This document shows, piece by piece, positions 28,690-39,170 of a stretch of 64,000 nt of DNA (position 1 is the stretch's first letter; each line of letters opens with the position of its first letter). The stretch is from Alphaproteobacteria bacterium (GTDB taxonomy: Bacteria; Pseudomonadota; Alphaproteobacteria; UBA828). A program made the translations under genes and the position numbers. The DNA is taken from NCBI GenBank assembly GCA_965221125.1, contig CBDCRW010000007.1, positions 704,001-768,000 on the forward strand, in the 5' to 3' direction. The notes under the pieces are model-generated. The model was not told where the DNA came from, ran no database searches, and worked only from the letters and a program-made list of their open reading frames with translations.

Positions 28690-28745
28690 TTTCTCGTCTG
28701 GTCGGCAACGGCGTTCAGCGTGACTTCGGCGAAGGCCGAAGCGGA

Positions 28746-29504
28746 TCACGTGGGCGAGCGCTCGGCCCAGCCTGCGAAGATGCGCTCCAGCATCACGACG
28801 ACGTAGTAGAGCAGGATGCCAAGGGCCGCGAGCGCAATGAGCACGGCGAACATCAGGGGATAGTCCGCGCTGATCTTGCCGCTGTCGAACAGATGGCCAA
28901 GGCCGCGGCCGTGCGGCTCCACGATCTCCATCAGGTTCGTGCCGATGAAGGCAAGCGTCACCGCAACCTTGAGAGACCCGAAGAACTCCGGCAGCGTCTT
29001 GGGAAGCGCGATCTTCCAGAAGATCGTGAGGCGGGACGCGCCGAGCGAGGCGAGGATGTCGCGGTACTCCGGCTCCAGCGTAGACAGTCCGATCGAGACG
29101 GAAACGGCGATCGGGAAGAAGGAAATGAGGAACGCGATCAGGATCGTGTTCATGTCGTGCCGGCCGACGAACAACAGCGCGATGATGGGGACGACGGTCG
29201 CCTTGGGTATGGCGTTGAAGCCGACGAGCAGCGGGTAGAGCGCATCCCGCATGGTCCGGTTCAGCCCCATGATCATGCCGATGAGCACGCCGGCGGCGAC
29301 GGACACCAGGAGCCCCGCCACGGTTCGCCAGAGCGTGTCCCATCCGTACTCCAGGAACAGCCAGCGGAACTTCCAGAAGGCAGGTCCGAGATCCGAGGGC
29401 GAGGCCATCTTGTAGTTGGGCCAGTCGTTCACCCACACCAGCGCTTCCCAGAGCAGGCAGAACACGACGAGCGCGATAAGCGGCGCAAAGACGCGCCAGT
29501 TCAT
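28746..29504 (-). CDS. NitT/TauT-family ABC permease
   Basis: TM helices, NAIPKA, SLGAS...FWKI.LP and GLGHL motifs. Confidence 0.9.
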   Translation of the reverse strand: MNWRVFAPLIALVVFCLLWEALVWVNDWPNYKMASPSDLGPAFWKFRWLFLEYGWDTLWRTVAGLLVSVAAGVLIGMIMGLNRTMRDALYPLLVGFNAIPKATVVPIIALLFVGRHDMNTILIAFLISFFPIAVSVSIGLSTLEPEYRDILASLGASRLTIFWKIALPKTLPEFFGSLKVAVTLAFIGTNLMEIVEPHGRGLGHLFDSGKISADYPLMFAVLIALAALGILLYYVVVMLERIFAGWAERSPT

Positions 29505-30295
29505 GCGTCGCCCTCCCGCGAGGTCCTGCCCTGCGCGATCTGTATCTGGCGCCGAAGCTCCCCCAGCATGTCCGTCGCCTCGGGGCCGTAGAGGCGGTCG
29601 AGATCCCGTTCGCCCTCCCACGGGACCACCATCGTGTACTGCGTGACCGCCGGACGGCCGGAAAGCACGATCACCTCATCCGCCAGAAAGATCGATTCCC
29701 GAAGGTCGTGCGTGATCATGACGCCGGTGAACGGCTCCTCCGACTTCACCTTCTGCATTGTCTGCCAGAGGTCTTCGCGCGTGAACGCATCCAGCGCGCC
29801 GAAGGGCTCGTCGAGGATCAGCACGTCCGGCTTGTGCACGAGCGAGCGGCACAGTGAGGCGCGCTGCCGCATGCCGCCCGACAGCTCGCTCGGCCGCTTG
29901 TCCTCGAATCCCTCGAGGCCGACAAGCGCCAGAAGCTGCCGTGCGCGTTCCTCTTTCTCGCGCTTCGGCATGCGCGGGGCCACGAGTTCGAGCGGCAGCG
30001 TCACGTTCCGCAGCACGGACCGCCATTCGAGCAGGACCGGGTTCTGGAACGCCATTCCGACCGAGGATTTCGGGCCCGTGACCCGCTCCCCGTGCAGCCA
30101 GACCTCGCCTGCATCCGGCGCCAGCAAGCCGGCGATCAGGCGCGTCAGCGTCGACTTGCCGCAGCCGGACGGGCCGACCACGGCAACGAAGCCACCCTCG
30201 GGAACCCGCATGTCGACGCCATCGAGGACGGGCAGCCGTCCGCCCTTCGTCTCGTAGGTAAGCTTGACGTCCCTGATGTCGATCAGGGCATCCAT
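29501..30295 (-). CDS. NitT/TauT-family ABC ATPase
   Basis: GPSGCGKS, LSGGMRQR, DEPFGALD, THD. Confidence 0.92.
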   Translation of the reverse strand: MDALIDIRDVKLTYETKGGRLPVLDGVDMRVPEGGFVAVVGPSGCGKSTLTRLIAGLLAPDAGEVWLHGERVTGPKSSVGMAFQNPVLLEWRSVLRNVTLPLELVAPRMPKREKEERARQLLALVGLEGFEDKRPSELSGGMRQRASLCRSLVHKPDVLILDEPFGALDAFTREDLWQTMQKVKSEEPFTGVMITHDLRESIFLADEVIVLSGRPAVTQYTMVVPWEGERDLDRLYGPEATDMLGELRRQIQIAQGRTSREGDA

Positions 30296-30410
30296 GCGGA
30301 GCCGCCTGCTGACGGTTGGACACCCTGCGTTTGGCCGCCGGCCGGAGAGATCATTCGCAACGAGACGGCTTCCCCGGCCGGCGCATGCAGCAAACCCTGC
30401 CGTGGTCAGG

Positions 30411-31418
30411 CTATTGAAGCATCCTCATTTCGGCCGCCGGCAGATAGGCATCCGTGAAATACAGCGAAGCGTCCGGCTCATTCTGGAACTCGTAGGTCTC
30501 CGCGATCTGCATGAGCGCCTTCTCCATGCGCGCCGCATCGATGCCGCCGATTCCGTTGGCACTCGTGTAGTCCGTGAGCACGTTGGCGTCGATGGAGAGC
30601 TGGAGCCGGCGCGTCTCGAGCGCCGCATCGGCGGCGGGATTCCGCTTCACCAGCGACTCGACGGCCTTCGCCGGATCGGCGATGGCGTCCTTCCAGCCCT
30701 TGGCCACGGCGGCGATGAACCCCGTGACCTTGTCGGCGTTGGCCGCCGCATAGTCGGTGTTCACGATGATCGCGTTGCCGTAGAGCGCAAGCCCGTAGTC
30801 AGCCATCAGGATGGTCGAAATGTCGTCCTCCGGCACGCCGAGGCGGACGAGGTTCAGGAAGGACGAGAAGGAATAGCCGGTCACGGCATCGACATTGCCT
30901 TCCGCCAGCATCGGCTCGCGGGTGGGGAAACCGACGGGCTCGACGGTGATCTTGTCGACATCGAGGTTATTGGCCGTGGCGAAGGCCGGGAACTGGGCCC
31001 AGGCGCCATCGGGCGGCGGCGCGCCGAGCACCCGCCCTTCGAGGTCCTTCGGCACCATGATGCCGAGGCTCTTGCGGCCGACGACGGCGAAGGGCGGCTT
31101 GTCGTAGACCATCATGACCGCGGTGACCGGCGCGCCCGGATTCTGGTCCAGGAACTTGACCAGGGAATTGATGTCGGCGAAGCCGACCGGAAAGGCGCCG
31201 GTTGCCACCTTGGGAATGGCATCCAGAGAACCTTGGCCTGCAGAAATCTCGACGTTGAGGCCCGCGGCCTCGAAGTGTCCGTTGTCGATAGCCGCAAAAT
31301 ACGGCGCCGAGGGACCTTCGAACTTCCAGTCAAGCGCGAACGGCATGTCCTCCTGGGCGCTGGCGGCCCCTGCCAGGGCCACGGTGGCGGCCAGGAATGC
31401 GAGAGCGAATTTGCGCAT
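30411..31418 (-). CDS. NitT/TauT (NMT1/THI5-like) ABC substrate-binding protein
   Basis: Sec signal peptide, LDWKFEG, GQGS and YGNAII motifs. Confidence 0.88.
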   Translation of the reverse strand: MRKFALAFLAATVALAGAASAQEDMPFALDWKFEGPSAPYFAAIDNGHFEAAGLNVEISAGQGSLDAIPKVATGAFPVGFADINSLVKFLDQNPGAPVTAVMMVYDKPPFAVVGRKSLGIMVPKDLEGRVLGAPPPDGAWAQFPAFATANNLDVDKITVEPVGFPTREPMLAEGNVDAVTGYSFSSFLNLVRLGVPEDDISTILMADYGLALYGNAIIVNTDYAAANADKVTGFIAAVAKGWKDAIADPAKAVESLVKRNPAADAALETRRLQLSIDANVLTDYTSANGIGGIDAARMEKALMQIAETYEFQNEPDASLYFTDAYLPAAEMRMLQ

Positions 31419-31718
31419 GGTTTGCGACCTCCTCTGTTTCGGTTTGCGCCGCGCGCGTCCCCCTTAGCGCGGAAGACAGGTGACGGGCGCGGTTCGCGAC
31501 CAAATTATGTCAGTCTGCTTGGCACCCTACCGGAATACGGTGCCGGCGGAAACAAGAGACGGTCCTGTGCAACGGGCATAGGCATGACGCTGGCCGCGGC
31601 TACCTGAACCGCTCACACCGAGGCCGGATTTCGGGAAGGCTCGGATTGATCGACGTGCGTCAACCTCTGGCCCGTCACGCGAACGCGCTCCGCCGCCAGG
31701 ACAACCCATTGATCTGGT

Positions 31719-31795
31719 TGGCGCGCCCGGCAGGACTCGAACCTGCGACCCCTTGATTAGGAATCAAGTGCTCTATCCGGCTGAGCTACGGGCGC
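31719..31795 (-). tRNA. tRNA-Arg(CCT)
   Basis: GCGCCCGTAGCTCAG...CTTGA-TT-CCT-AA-TCAAG...GGTTCGAGTCC...GCCA, 77 nt. Confidence 0.97.
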
Positions 31796-31805
31796 TCCTT
31801 GTTCC

Positions 31806-31834
31806 ATCGATAGCGGGGCCGGGGCGTTTGTCAA
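31806..31834 (-). promoter_or_regulatory. Putative sigma70 promoter for tRNA-Arg
   Basis: Minus strand TTGACA-N16-TATCGA, ending about 11 nt upstream of the tRNA. Confidence 0.5.
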
Positions 31835-31865
31835 TCGGGGAGGGCTGCTGCGTCCACAAGCGGCC

Positions 31866-32645
31866 TCAGGCGTCGGCGAGCGCGGCCGGGCTTTCCGGCA
31901 GGATCTGCCCGCCGTCGAGCACCAGCGCCTGGCCGGTGATGTAGCGCGCCTGATCGCTGGCGAGGTAGACCGCGGCGTAGGCAATGTCGTCGGTCTCCCC
32001 GATGTAGCCGGCCGGGATGATCGCGGCGATCTCGTCGATCTGGTCCCCGCCGAGGTCGATCAGACCCTGCGTCATGATGGTGCCGGGGGAGATCGCGTTC
32101 ACCGTGACGCCGTGCTTGGCAAGCTCCAGGGCTGCGCCCCGCACGAGCGCGTTCACGCCGCCCTTCGACGCCATGTAGTGCGAGAGGCCCGGCCAGCCCA
32201 CGTTGGGGCCGGTGATCGAGGAGATGACGACGATGCGGCCGCGGCCTTGCGCTTTCATCTGCGGGATGCACGCGCGCATTCCGTTGAAGACGCCCTTGAG
32301 GTTGGTGTCGAGCACGTCATCCCAGGTCTCGTCGGACATGTCGGCGATGTGGGAGGTGGGAAAGACGCCGGCGTTGGCACAGAGAATGTCGATGGCGCCG
32401 TAGCGCTCGATGCAGGTCGCCGCCATCCGCTCCATGTCGGCGCGGCTCTTGACGTCAGCCTGGAGGAACGACGCCTCGCCGCCGGAAGCCACGATCTCCT
32501 CCGTCGTCGCCTGGCCCGCTTCGGCGCTCCGGTTCACCACGAGCACCCTGGCGCCTTCCTTCGCGAACACCGCCGCAATGCCCTTGCCGATGCCGCGGCC
32601 TGCGCCGGTTACGATCGCGGCCTTCCCCTGCAACGTAATCGCCAT
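31866..32645 (-). CDS. SDR oxidoreductase (FabG-like)
   Basis: TGAGRGIG, ANAG and YMASK motifs. Confidence 0.9.
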   Translation of the reverse strand: MAITLQGKAAIVTGAGRGIGKGIAAVFAKEGARVLVVNRSAEAGQATTEEIVASGGEASFLQADVKSRADMERMAATCIERYGAIDILCANAGVFPTSHIADMSDETWDDVLDTNLKGVFNGMRACIPQMKAQGRGRIVVISSITGPNVGWPGLSHYMASKGGVNALVRGAALELAKHGVTVNAISPGTIMTQGLIDLGGDQIDEIAAIIPAGYIGETDDIAYAAVYLASDQARYITGQALVLDGGQILPESPAALADA

Positions 32646-32822
32646 GCTCTCCTCCCGCCGGTTGCGGGCGGACGATAGCACGGAGCCGCATGACACCGCG
32701 CGGCATCGGCTTCGGCCCGCGTGCCGGGCAGTACCGTCCCGGGCGGTGCCGATGACTCGCCGCCTGCCCAGCCTTAGAGTGAACGAGAGACTGTTGGGAC
32801 GCAGCGATTCGGAGTTGTCTCC

Positions 32823-33968
32823 ATGCCCATTGCCGACATTGCCGAGGCGTTGCCGCTGGTCGACCATCACTGCCACGGTCTGTTTCCCGCAGACCTGGAC
32901 GACGACCGGCTCGCAGCGTCGCTGAGCGAGGCCTTCGCGCCGGCGCCTCCCGGCACGAGCCACTGGGACAAGCCGGTCGCTCTCAGCGTACGCCGCTGGT
33001 GCGCGCCGGTTCTCGACCTGCCGCCGTTCTGCCCGCCCGCGGCGTATGCCGAGCGCCGCCGCGCGCTCGGTGCGGCCGAGGTGAACCGTCGCTTTCTCGC
33101 CCAGTCGGGGATCGGCACTTACATCGTCGACAGCGGCAACCGGCCGGAGGAGTTGTGCAGCGTGTCCGAGGTCGGCGCGATCGCCGGCGCGCCGGCGCGG
33201 GAGATCGTGCGCATGGAGTCGGTCGCCGAGCGCGTGGCGCAGGGCGGCGTCTCTGCAGCGGGCTACGCGCAGGCGTTCGAGGCGGCTGTCCGCGACGCCG
33301 CTGACGACGAGAACGTCGTCGGCCTCAAGTCGATCCTGGCGTATCGCGCGACTCTCCGCATCGACTACGGGAAGCCGACACCGGGCGAGGTGGAGACCGC
33401 GGCCGGGCGCTGGCTCGCCGAGGTCGAGCAGACCGGCAACGCGCGCCTCACCGACGAGACGCTCGAACGCCACCTGATCTGGGCCGGCGCGGACATCGCG
33501 CGCGAGCGCGGCTTTCCGATCCAGTTCCACATCGGCATCGGCGATCCCGACATCGAGCTGCACCGGGTGGACCCGAGCCATCTCACGCCCTGGGTCAAGG
33601 CGGTCGAGCCGTGGGGCTTTCCCGTCACGCTTCTCCATTGCTACCCGTTCCACCGCGAAGCGGGCCTGATGGCGGAGAACTTCCCGCAGGTCTATTTCGA
33701 CGTGGGCTTCGCGCTGAACTGGGTGGGGCCGAGCTACCAGCGGATCATGGACGAGGCGCTCGAGCTCGTGCCCTTCACGAAGCAGCTCTTCAGCACCGAC
33801 GCATTCGGCCTCGCCGAGCTTTACTTCCTCGGCGCAAAGCGTTTCCGCACGTCTCTCTCCCGTGCTCTCGATCGCTGGGTCGAGGACGACGAATGCACGG
33901 TGACTGAAGCCGGGCGGATCGCGTCTCTCGTCGGTGTCGAGAACGCCCGGCGCATCTACAGGATATAG
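32823..33968 (+). CDS. Amidohydrolase-superfamily protein (FluG N-terminal/nodulin-6-like)
   Basis: DHHCH, GLKSILAYR, QFHIGIGD, LLHCYPF and FSTD motifs. Confidence 0.85.
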   Translation: MPIADIAEALPLVDHHCHGLFPADLDDDRLAASLSEAFAPAPPGTSHWDKPVALSVRRWCAPVLDLPPFCPPAAYAERRRALGAAEVNRRFLAQSGIGTYIVDSGNRPEELCSVSEVGAIAGAPAREIVRMESVAERVAQGGVSAAGYAQAFEAAVRDAADDENVVGLKSILAYRATLRIDYGKPTPGEVETAAGRWLAEVEQTGNARLTDETLERHLIWAGADIARERGFPIQFHIGIGDPDIELHRVDPSHLTPWVKAVEPWGFPVTLLHCYPFHREAGLMAENFPQVYFDVGFALNWVGPSYQRIMDEALELVPFTKQLFSTDAFGLAELYFLGAKRFRTSLSRALDRWVEDDECTVTEAGRIASLVGVENARRIYRI

Positions 33969-33976
33969 GTGCGTCG

Positions 33977-34771
33977 ATGACCGTGCCGCTGCTCGGGCCT
34001 GGCGACCCGCCGCCCTTCGAGACGCTCAACGTGCGGGGGACGTCGCGGGCGCTCGTCGTCTGCGACCACGCAAGCTGCCGCATACCGGCCGCGCTCGGCA
34101 CTCTGGGCGTCAGCGAGGTCGAGCGGACCGAGCACATCGGCTGGGACCTCGGCGCAGGGGCCGTGGCCCGGCGGCTCGCGTCGCTCCTCGATGCGCCGGC
34201 GGTTCTCGCGGGCTATTCGCGCCTGGTGGTCGACTGCAACCGGCCAGCGGCGGCGCCCGACCGGATTCCGGCGGTGAGCGATACCGTGCCGGTGCCCGGC
34301 AACGCGGACCTCGACCAAGCGGAGGCGGATGCGCGGATTGCGGAAATCTTCACCCCCTACCACGATGCGATCGCCGCGGCCCTCGACCGGATGACCGCCT
34401 CCGGCTTGCTGCCCGTATTGGTGGCAGTCCACAGCTTCACCCCGCAGCTAGTCGGCGGCGACCCGCGACCGTGGGAGATCGGCATCTGCTGGGACAAGGA
34501 CCGGCGCCTGGCGGACCCCCTGATCGAGCGCCTGCGCGCGGACGGCCTTCTGGTCGGCGCCAACGAGCCCTACGACTTCGGCGTGCTCACCGACTACACC
34601 GTGCCTGCGCACGCCGAAGGGCGCGGGCTGCCGTCGCTCCTCATCGAGATCCGCAACAGCGAGATTCGCTCGGCCACGGCCGTCGAGACCTGGGCGCAGC
34701 GACTCGCTGGCCACATCCGCGCGCTGCTCGACCTCCCGGAATCGCAGCGGCCGGAGCGCGTCGCCGGATAA
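33977..34771 (+). CDS. N-formylglutamate amidohydrolase-family protein
   Basis: CDHAS, HIGWDLG, SRLVVDCNR, HSFTP, NEPY and IEIRN motifs. Confidence 0.9.
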   Translation: MTVPLLGPGDPPPFETLNVRGTSRALVVCDHASCRIPAALGTLGVSEVERTEHIGWDLGAGAVARRLASLLDAPAVLAGYSRLVVDCNRPAAAPDRIPAVSDTVPVPGNADLDQAEADARIAEIFTPYHDAIAAALDRMTASGLLPVLVAVHSFTPQLVGGDPRPWEIGICWDKDRRLADPLIERLRADGLLVGANEPYDFGVLTDYTVPAHAEGRGLPSLLIEIRNSEIRSATAVETWAQRLAGHIRALLDLPESQRPERVAG

Positions 34772-34790
34772 CGCAGCGGCGGCACGCGGC

Positions 34791-35495
34791 TTACTCGAAG
34801 GGCAGGCGGTCCAGGTTGCCCTTGGGCTCACGCGGTTGCAGGCGCCGCGAGAGATAGCGGCCAAGAAAATCCTTCTCCCAGGCGCGGGTGCGCTCGAGCG
34901 CCCGCGTGAGCTCCGGCTCTTCCATCGTCATCATCACGACGTAGGCATAGTTCTCGGCGGCGGCACCGATCTCCTGCAGGTTGGCTTCCGGGTCGCTGGC
35001 GATGATCGTCGCCGTGCTGAGGAAAAAAATCGCCTCCTCGTCGTCCCTCGGCACGCCGAGACCGCGCGCGTAGAGCACGCCGAGATTGAAGCGGCTCGCC
35101 GCGTCGTCCTGCTCGGCCGCGCGGCCGAACCATTCCGCTGCCGCCGCGTAGTCGCGCTCGACGCCGAGGCCGCCGGCGAAGATGGCGCCCATGTTGAACT
35201 GCCCGGTGACGTCGCCCTGTTCGGCCGCACGGCGGGTCCAGCGCAGGGCCTCCGCATAGTCCACCGCGACGCCGTTGCCGTGGATGTAGAGGCTGCCGAT
35301 CGCCGCCTGCGCCCGTGCGTCGCCTGCCTCCGCAAGCGGCATCCACGCCTCGATCGCAGCGGCGATGTCGCCCCGCTCGAAGGCGGCCTGGCCCGTCTCC
35401 CAATCGGCGGCGGCAGACCGCACTCCGAGCGCGAACGTCGCGGCGACCAGGGCCACGAGCGCCCACTTCTGCCCCCGGCGCAACCGGCTGCTCAT
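34791..35495 (-). CDS. Exported Sel1-like repeat protein
   Basis: Signal peptide and three Sel1 units (G.GV..D...A..W...AAEQG). ATG overlaps the guaA stop. Confidence 0.85.
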   Translation of the reverse strand: MSSRLRRGQKWALVALVAATFALGVRSAAADWETGQAAFERGDIAAAIEAWMPLAEAGDARAQAAIGSLYIHGNGVAVDYAEALRWTRRAAEQGDVTGQFNMGAIFAGGLGVERDYAAAAEWFGRAAEQDDAASRFNLGVLYARGLGVPRDDEEAIFFLSTATIIASDPEANLQEIGAAAENYAYVVMMTMEEPELTRALERTRAWEKDFLGRYLSRRLQPREPKGNLDRLPFE

Positions 35496-37036
35496 TCCCA
35501 TTCGATCGTTCCCGGCGGTTTCGAGGTCACGTCGTAGACCACACGGTTGATGCCCTTTACCTCGTTGACGATCCGGTTCGCCACGCCGCCGAGGAACCCC
35601 ATGTCGAAATGGTAGAAGTCGGCCGTCATGCCGTCGGTCGACGTGACGGCGCGGAGCGCACAGACGTGCTCGTAGGTGCGCGCATCGCCCATCACACCCA
35701 CGGTCTGCACCGGCAGCAGGACCGCAAAGGCCTGCCAGATGGCGTCGTAGAGGCCGGCGCTCCGGATCTCCTCGATCAGGATCGCGTCGGCCTGCTGCAG
35801 GATCGCGACCCTCTCCGCCGTCACCTCGCCCGGAATGCGGATCGCGAGGCCGGGGCCGGGGAAGGGGTGACGCCCGGTGAGAGCCGCCGGCATCCCGAGC
35901 GCGCGGCCGAGGGCGCGCACCTCGTCCTTGAACAGCATGCGAAGCGGCTCGACCAACTCGAGGTTCATCCGCTCCGGTAGTCCACCGACATTGTGGTGGG
36001 ACTTGATGACCGCGCTCGGGCCGCTGACGGAGACGGATTCGATCACGTCCGGGTAGAGCGTTCCCTGGGCCAGGAAGTCGGCATCGCCGGTGCTTCGTGC
36101 CGCCCGCTCGAACACGTCGATGAACGTGGCGCCGATGATCTTGCGCTTCTCCTCGGGCTCGCTGACGCCAGCGAGCCCTTCGAGGAACGCGTCCCGCGCG
36201 TCCTCATGGACCAGCGGGATGTTGTAGTGCCCGCGAAAGAGGCTCGTGACTTCCTCGGCCTCGCCCTGGCGCATGAGGCCGGTGTCGACGAACACGCAGG
36301 TGAGCTGTTCTCCGATCGCCTCGTGCAGCAGGACCGCCACTACCGACGAATCGACGCCGCCCGACAGGCCGCAAATCACCCGTCCGTCGCCGACCTGCGC
36401 TCGAATGGCCTCGATGGCGCTGGCGCGGAACGAGGCCATCGACCAGGTGCCGTCGCAGCCGGCGACGTGGCGCGCGAAGTTCTCGAGGAGCGCTGCGCCG
36501 TGGGGGGTGTGCACCACCTCGGGGTGAAACTGGATGCCGTAGAAATGCCGCCGGTCGTCGGCGATGGCCGCGAAGGGCGCCGAGTCCGTGCGCGCGACCA
36601 CGCGAAAGCCATCCGGCAGCGCCGCGACCGCGTCGCCGTGGCTCATCCACACCTGCTCGCGCGCGCCCACCTGCCAGACCCCGTCGAAGAGCGCGCAGGG
36701 CTCGACGACGTCCAGGTGTGCCCGCCCGAACTCGCGTTGGGCGGTCGACTCGACCGTGCCGCCCAGCGCCGCGCACATCGCCTGCTGGCCGTAGCAGATG
36801 CCGAGCAGCGGGATGCCGAGCGCGTAGATGCCCTCGTCGGGGCGCGGCGCCCCGGCCTCGGTGAGCGATGCCGGCCCGCCCGAAAGGATGACGCCCCGCG
36901 GCGCCAGGCGTTCGATCTCGCTTGCCGTCGTCGAGTAGGGCCTGATCTCGCAGTAGACCCCGGCCTCGCGCACGCGGCGCGCAATCAGCTGCGTCACCTG
37001 CGAGCCGAAATCGAGGATCAGAATCTGTTCGGTCAT
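35492..37036 (-). CDS. guaA: GMP synthase (glutamine-hydrolysing)
   Basis: [25 protein letters not shown] and KPPGTIEWE. Confidence 0.97.
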   Translation of the reverse strand: MTEQILILDFGSQVTQLIARRVREAGVYCEIRPYSTTASEIERLAPRGVILSGGPASLTEAGAPRPDEGIYALGIPLLGICYGQQAMCAALGGTVESTAQREFGRAHLDVVEPCALFDGVWQVGAREQVWMSHGDAVAALPDGFRVVARTDSAPFAAIADDRRHFYGIQFHPEVVHTPHGAALLENFARHVAGCDGTWSMASFRASAIEAIRAQVGDGRVICGLSGGVDSSVVAVLLHEAIGEQLTCVFVDTGLMRQGEAEEVTSLFRGHYNIPLVHEDARDAFLEGLAGVSEPEEKRKIIGATFIDVFERAARSTGDADFLAQGTLYPDVIESVSVSGPSAVIKSHHNVGGLPERMNLELVEPLRMLFKDEVRALGRALGMPAALTGRHPFPGPGLAIRIPGEVTAERVAILQQADAILIEEIRSAGLYDAIWQAFAVLLPVQTVGVMGDARTYEHVCALRAVTSTDGMTADFYHFDMGFLGGVANRIVNEVKGINRVVYDVTSKPPGTIEWE

Positions 37037-37130
37037 GAGTCGCTCAGCGGCACGGGGTGGTCTGTGCAATGGACTGCGCTGCGCTTGCCACCTATGGTGA
37101 ACGAGCACGGAAATCGAGAAATACGACGTC

Positions 37131-38282
37131 GTGGATAGCACGGCATTTACGCAGCAAAAAGTGCGCTCGGCGGCTTGGCTCAGGCGGGCGGCGCTCGCCT
37201 CCGGAGTGCTGGCCGCAGTGGCGACGTGCTCCGGTGCTCTCGCCAGTGACCCGATCTCGGACGCGCTTTCGCTGGTGGAGCAGGAGCGTTACCCGGAAGC
37301 GCGCGAGGTCCTCGAACCGATGCTCCAGCAGGAGCCCGATTCGCCCGATGTGCGGCTCATTCACGGCGTCTTGCAGGCGCGCCAGGGGAACCTTGCCGAG
37401 GCGGTCGCCATCTTCGAGGGCCTTAGAGCCGATCATCCCGGCATGTTCGAGGCGCACAACAATCTTGCCGTGCTCTACGCCAGGATGGGACGGCTGGACG
37501 ATGCGCGCGAAGCCCTCGTCGCCGCGCTGGAGTTGCGGTCCGATGCTGTCGTGTATGCCAATCTCGGCGACGTCTACATGAAACTGGCGGAGCGGGCGTA
37601 CCAGCACGCCCACGCGCTTCGCGACCAGGATCTCGCGGCGCTGGAGGGGAGCGGACAAGCCACCGAAGGTTCCGAGCCCGCACAGACGACGGACGATCCT
37701 CCGGCGGCTGCGGCGCCAGTGGACGTGGAACCGGATATCGCCGCCGACGTCCGGGAACCGGGGGAATCCCAAGGCCCTGCGGAACCGGAGGCGGCGCCTG
37801 AGCAGGCGCCAGGCACGTTCTGTGTCCGCGCGGGCTGGTTCAAGGAGCGCGCGGCCGCCGGCGACGCGGCGGAGTGGATGCGCGCGGCCGGTGCGGAAGC
37901 CGTCGGGATCCGTCACGAAGAGCAACAGGTCATCAGGAACTACCAGGTGTACCTGCCGCCGGCCTCAAGCCGCGCGGCGGCGAGGGCAGTGGCGAGCGAG
38001 CTGCGTCACAAGGGCGTGGACGACATCTGGATCATCGCCGAGGGCGCGCAGGCCAACGGGATCTCGCTCGGCGTCTACCGCAGCAAGGGCAACATGACTC
38101 GCCGCATGGCCGAGTTGGAGCGGCTGGGATACGCGGTCGTGACCACGGCGAATACGAAGACCGTCACCGAGTACGCCGTCGAGGCGCGCACCGGCGATGA
38201 TCTCTCCGCCCTCGAAGATGCCTGGAACGCCAGATTCCAGGACTACGCCATCCGTCGCATGGATTGCGCCGATCTAACCTGA
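37131..38282 (+). CDS. Exported TPR protein with a C-terminal SPOR-like domain
   Basis: Signal-like N-terminus, TPR ([18 protein letters not shown]), Pro/Ala/Glu linker, ISLGVYRS motif. Confidence 0.72.
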   Translation: MDSTAFTQQKVRSAAWLRRAALASGVLAAVATCSGALASDPISDALSLVEQERYPEAREVLEPMLQQEPDSPDVRLIHGVLQARQGNLAEAVAIFEGLRADHPGMFEAHNNLAVLYARMGRLDDAREALVAALELRSDAVVYANLGDVYMKLAERAYQHAHALRDQDLAALEGSGQATEGSEPAQTTDDPPAAAAPVDVEPDIAADVREPGESQGPAEPEAAPEQAPGTFCVRAGWFKERAAAGDAAEWMRAAGAEAVGIRHEEQQVIRNYQVYLPPASSRAAARAVASELRHKGVDDIWIIAEGAQANGISLGVYRSKGNMTRRMAELERLGYAVVTTANTKTVTEYAVEARTGDDLSALEDAWNARFQDYAIRRMDCADLT

Positions 38283-38300
38283 AGGCGAGAAGGCCGCGGT

Positions 38301-38699
38301 ATGCGACTCTGGAACTATGCGGTCAAGGTTGCGGACCTCGACGCTGCGGCCGCCTTCTACACCGAGACCATGGACGGCGAGGAGCGGCTCGCCGGCCGGG
38401 TGTTCGGCTGTGACTACCGGGTCCTCCGGCTCGGCGGCACGCGGCTCCTGCTGTTCACCAAGGCGCCATACGAGGACTTGCTGCACGAGCCGCTGCCCCT
38501 CGGCTTCCTCCACGTGGTCTTCGAGGTGGACGACTTCGACGCCGAGGTTGCTCGACTGCGCGGCGCCGGCGTTCCGTTTATTCTCGAGCCGCAGGAGATC
38601 GAGTCGGAGTTCGGGCGCCGTCGCATCGTCTTCTTCGTCGCACCGGATGGCGTTCGCACGGAGATCATGCAGATCATCACCGACACCGGCATCGCCTGA
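38301..38699 (+). CDS. VOC/glyoxalase-family protein
   Basis: VADLDAAAAFY, HVVFEVDD and APDGVRTE motifs. Confidence 0.85.
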   Translation: MRLWNYAVKVADLDAAAAFYTETMDGEERLAGRVFGCDYRVLRLGGTRLLLFTKAPYEDLLHEPLPLGFLHVVFEVDDFDAEVARLRGAGVPFILEPQEIESEFGRRRIVFFVAPDGVRTEIMQIITDTGIA

Positions 38700-38749
38700 G
38701 CGGACAATCGATCGGGCAACGGAGACACGTGGAGCGGAAAGGCTTTCCG

Positions 38750-39010
38750 ATGGAGCGTTGCAACCCGCATGCGTGGCGCACACCTGCGCTCGGCGACAGG
38801 GCGCTCGTCTGCGACGTATGCGAGGCCCGGCTCGACCTCGTGCGCGACATCACGCCCGAAGTTCAGGCGGACATCTTGCGCGACTATCGCCGTCACCACG
38901 GGCCAATCGTGGGCGAGCATTTTCGGGCGGCACTGGAGGCCGCTCTGGCGGCGGCGCGGTCCGCCGGATCAAGCCGCGGGCCGGCGTCTGCGGAGGAGGG
39001 GGGCGCCTGA
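38750..39010 (+). CDS. Small hypothetical protein, possibly Zn-binding
   Basis: CNPH...CDVC; GC-rich third positions; fills the gap between co-oriented genes. Confidence 0.55.
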   Translation: MERCNPHAWRTPALGDRALVCDVCEARLDLVRDITPEVQADILRDYRRHHGPIVGEHFRAALEAALAAARSAGSSRGPASAEEGGA

Positions 39011-39011
39011 C

Positions 39012-39158
39012 GTGCGGCGCTTTCTGAGGGACGCCGCCGTCGCGCTGTTCGTGGGCGCCGTCCTTGTCGTGCTTGCCATCGTTCTCAATGCGCCGTCCGA
39101 CAACGATCCGTCGGACGGCGGTTCGGCGCCGGCCCAGGATGCGCCCGCCGACCCCTAG
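39012..39158 (+). CDS. Small single-TM protein (48 aa)
   Basis: GTG start after a GGAGG RBS; one hydrophobic helix and an acidic Pro-rich tail. Confidence 0.5.
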   Translation: MRRFLRDAAVALFVGAVLVVLAIVLNAPSDNDPSDGGSAPAQDAPADP

Positions 39159-39170
39159 CGCCGCCCGATC

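Noticed and set aside
28690-31718. ABC operon between two tRNAs as a genomic island
   Set aside because: Host-like GC, no integrase and no duplicated tRNA 3' end.
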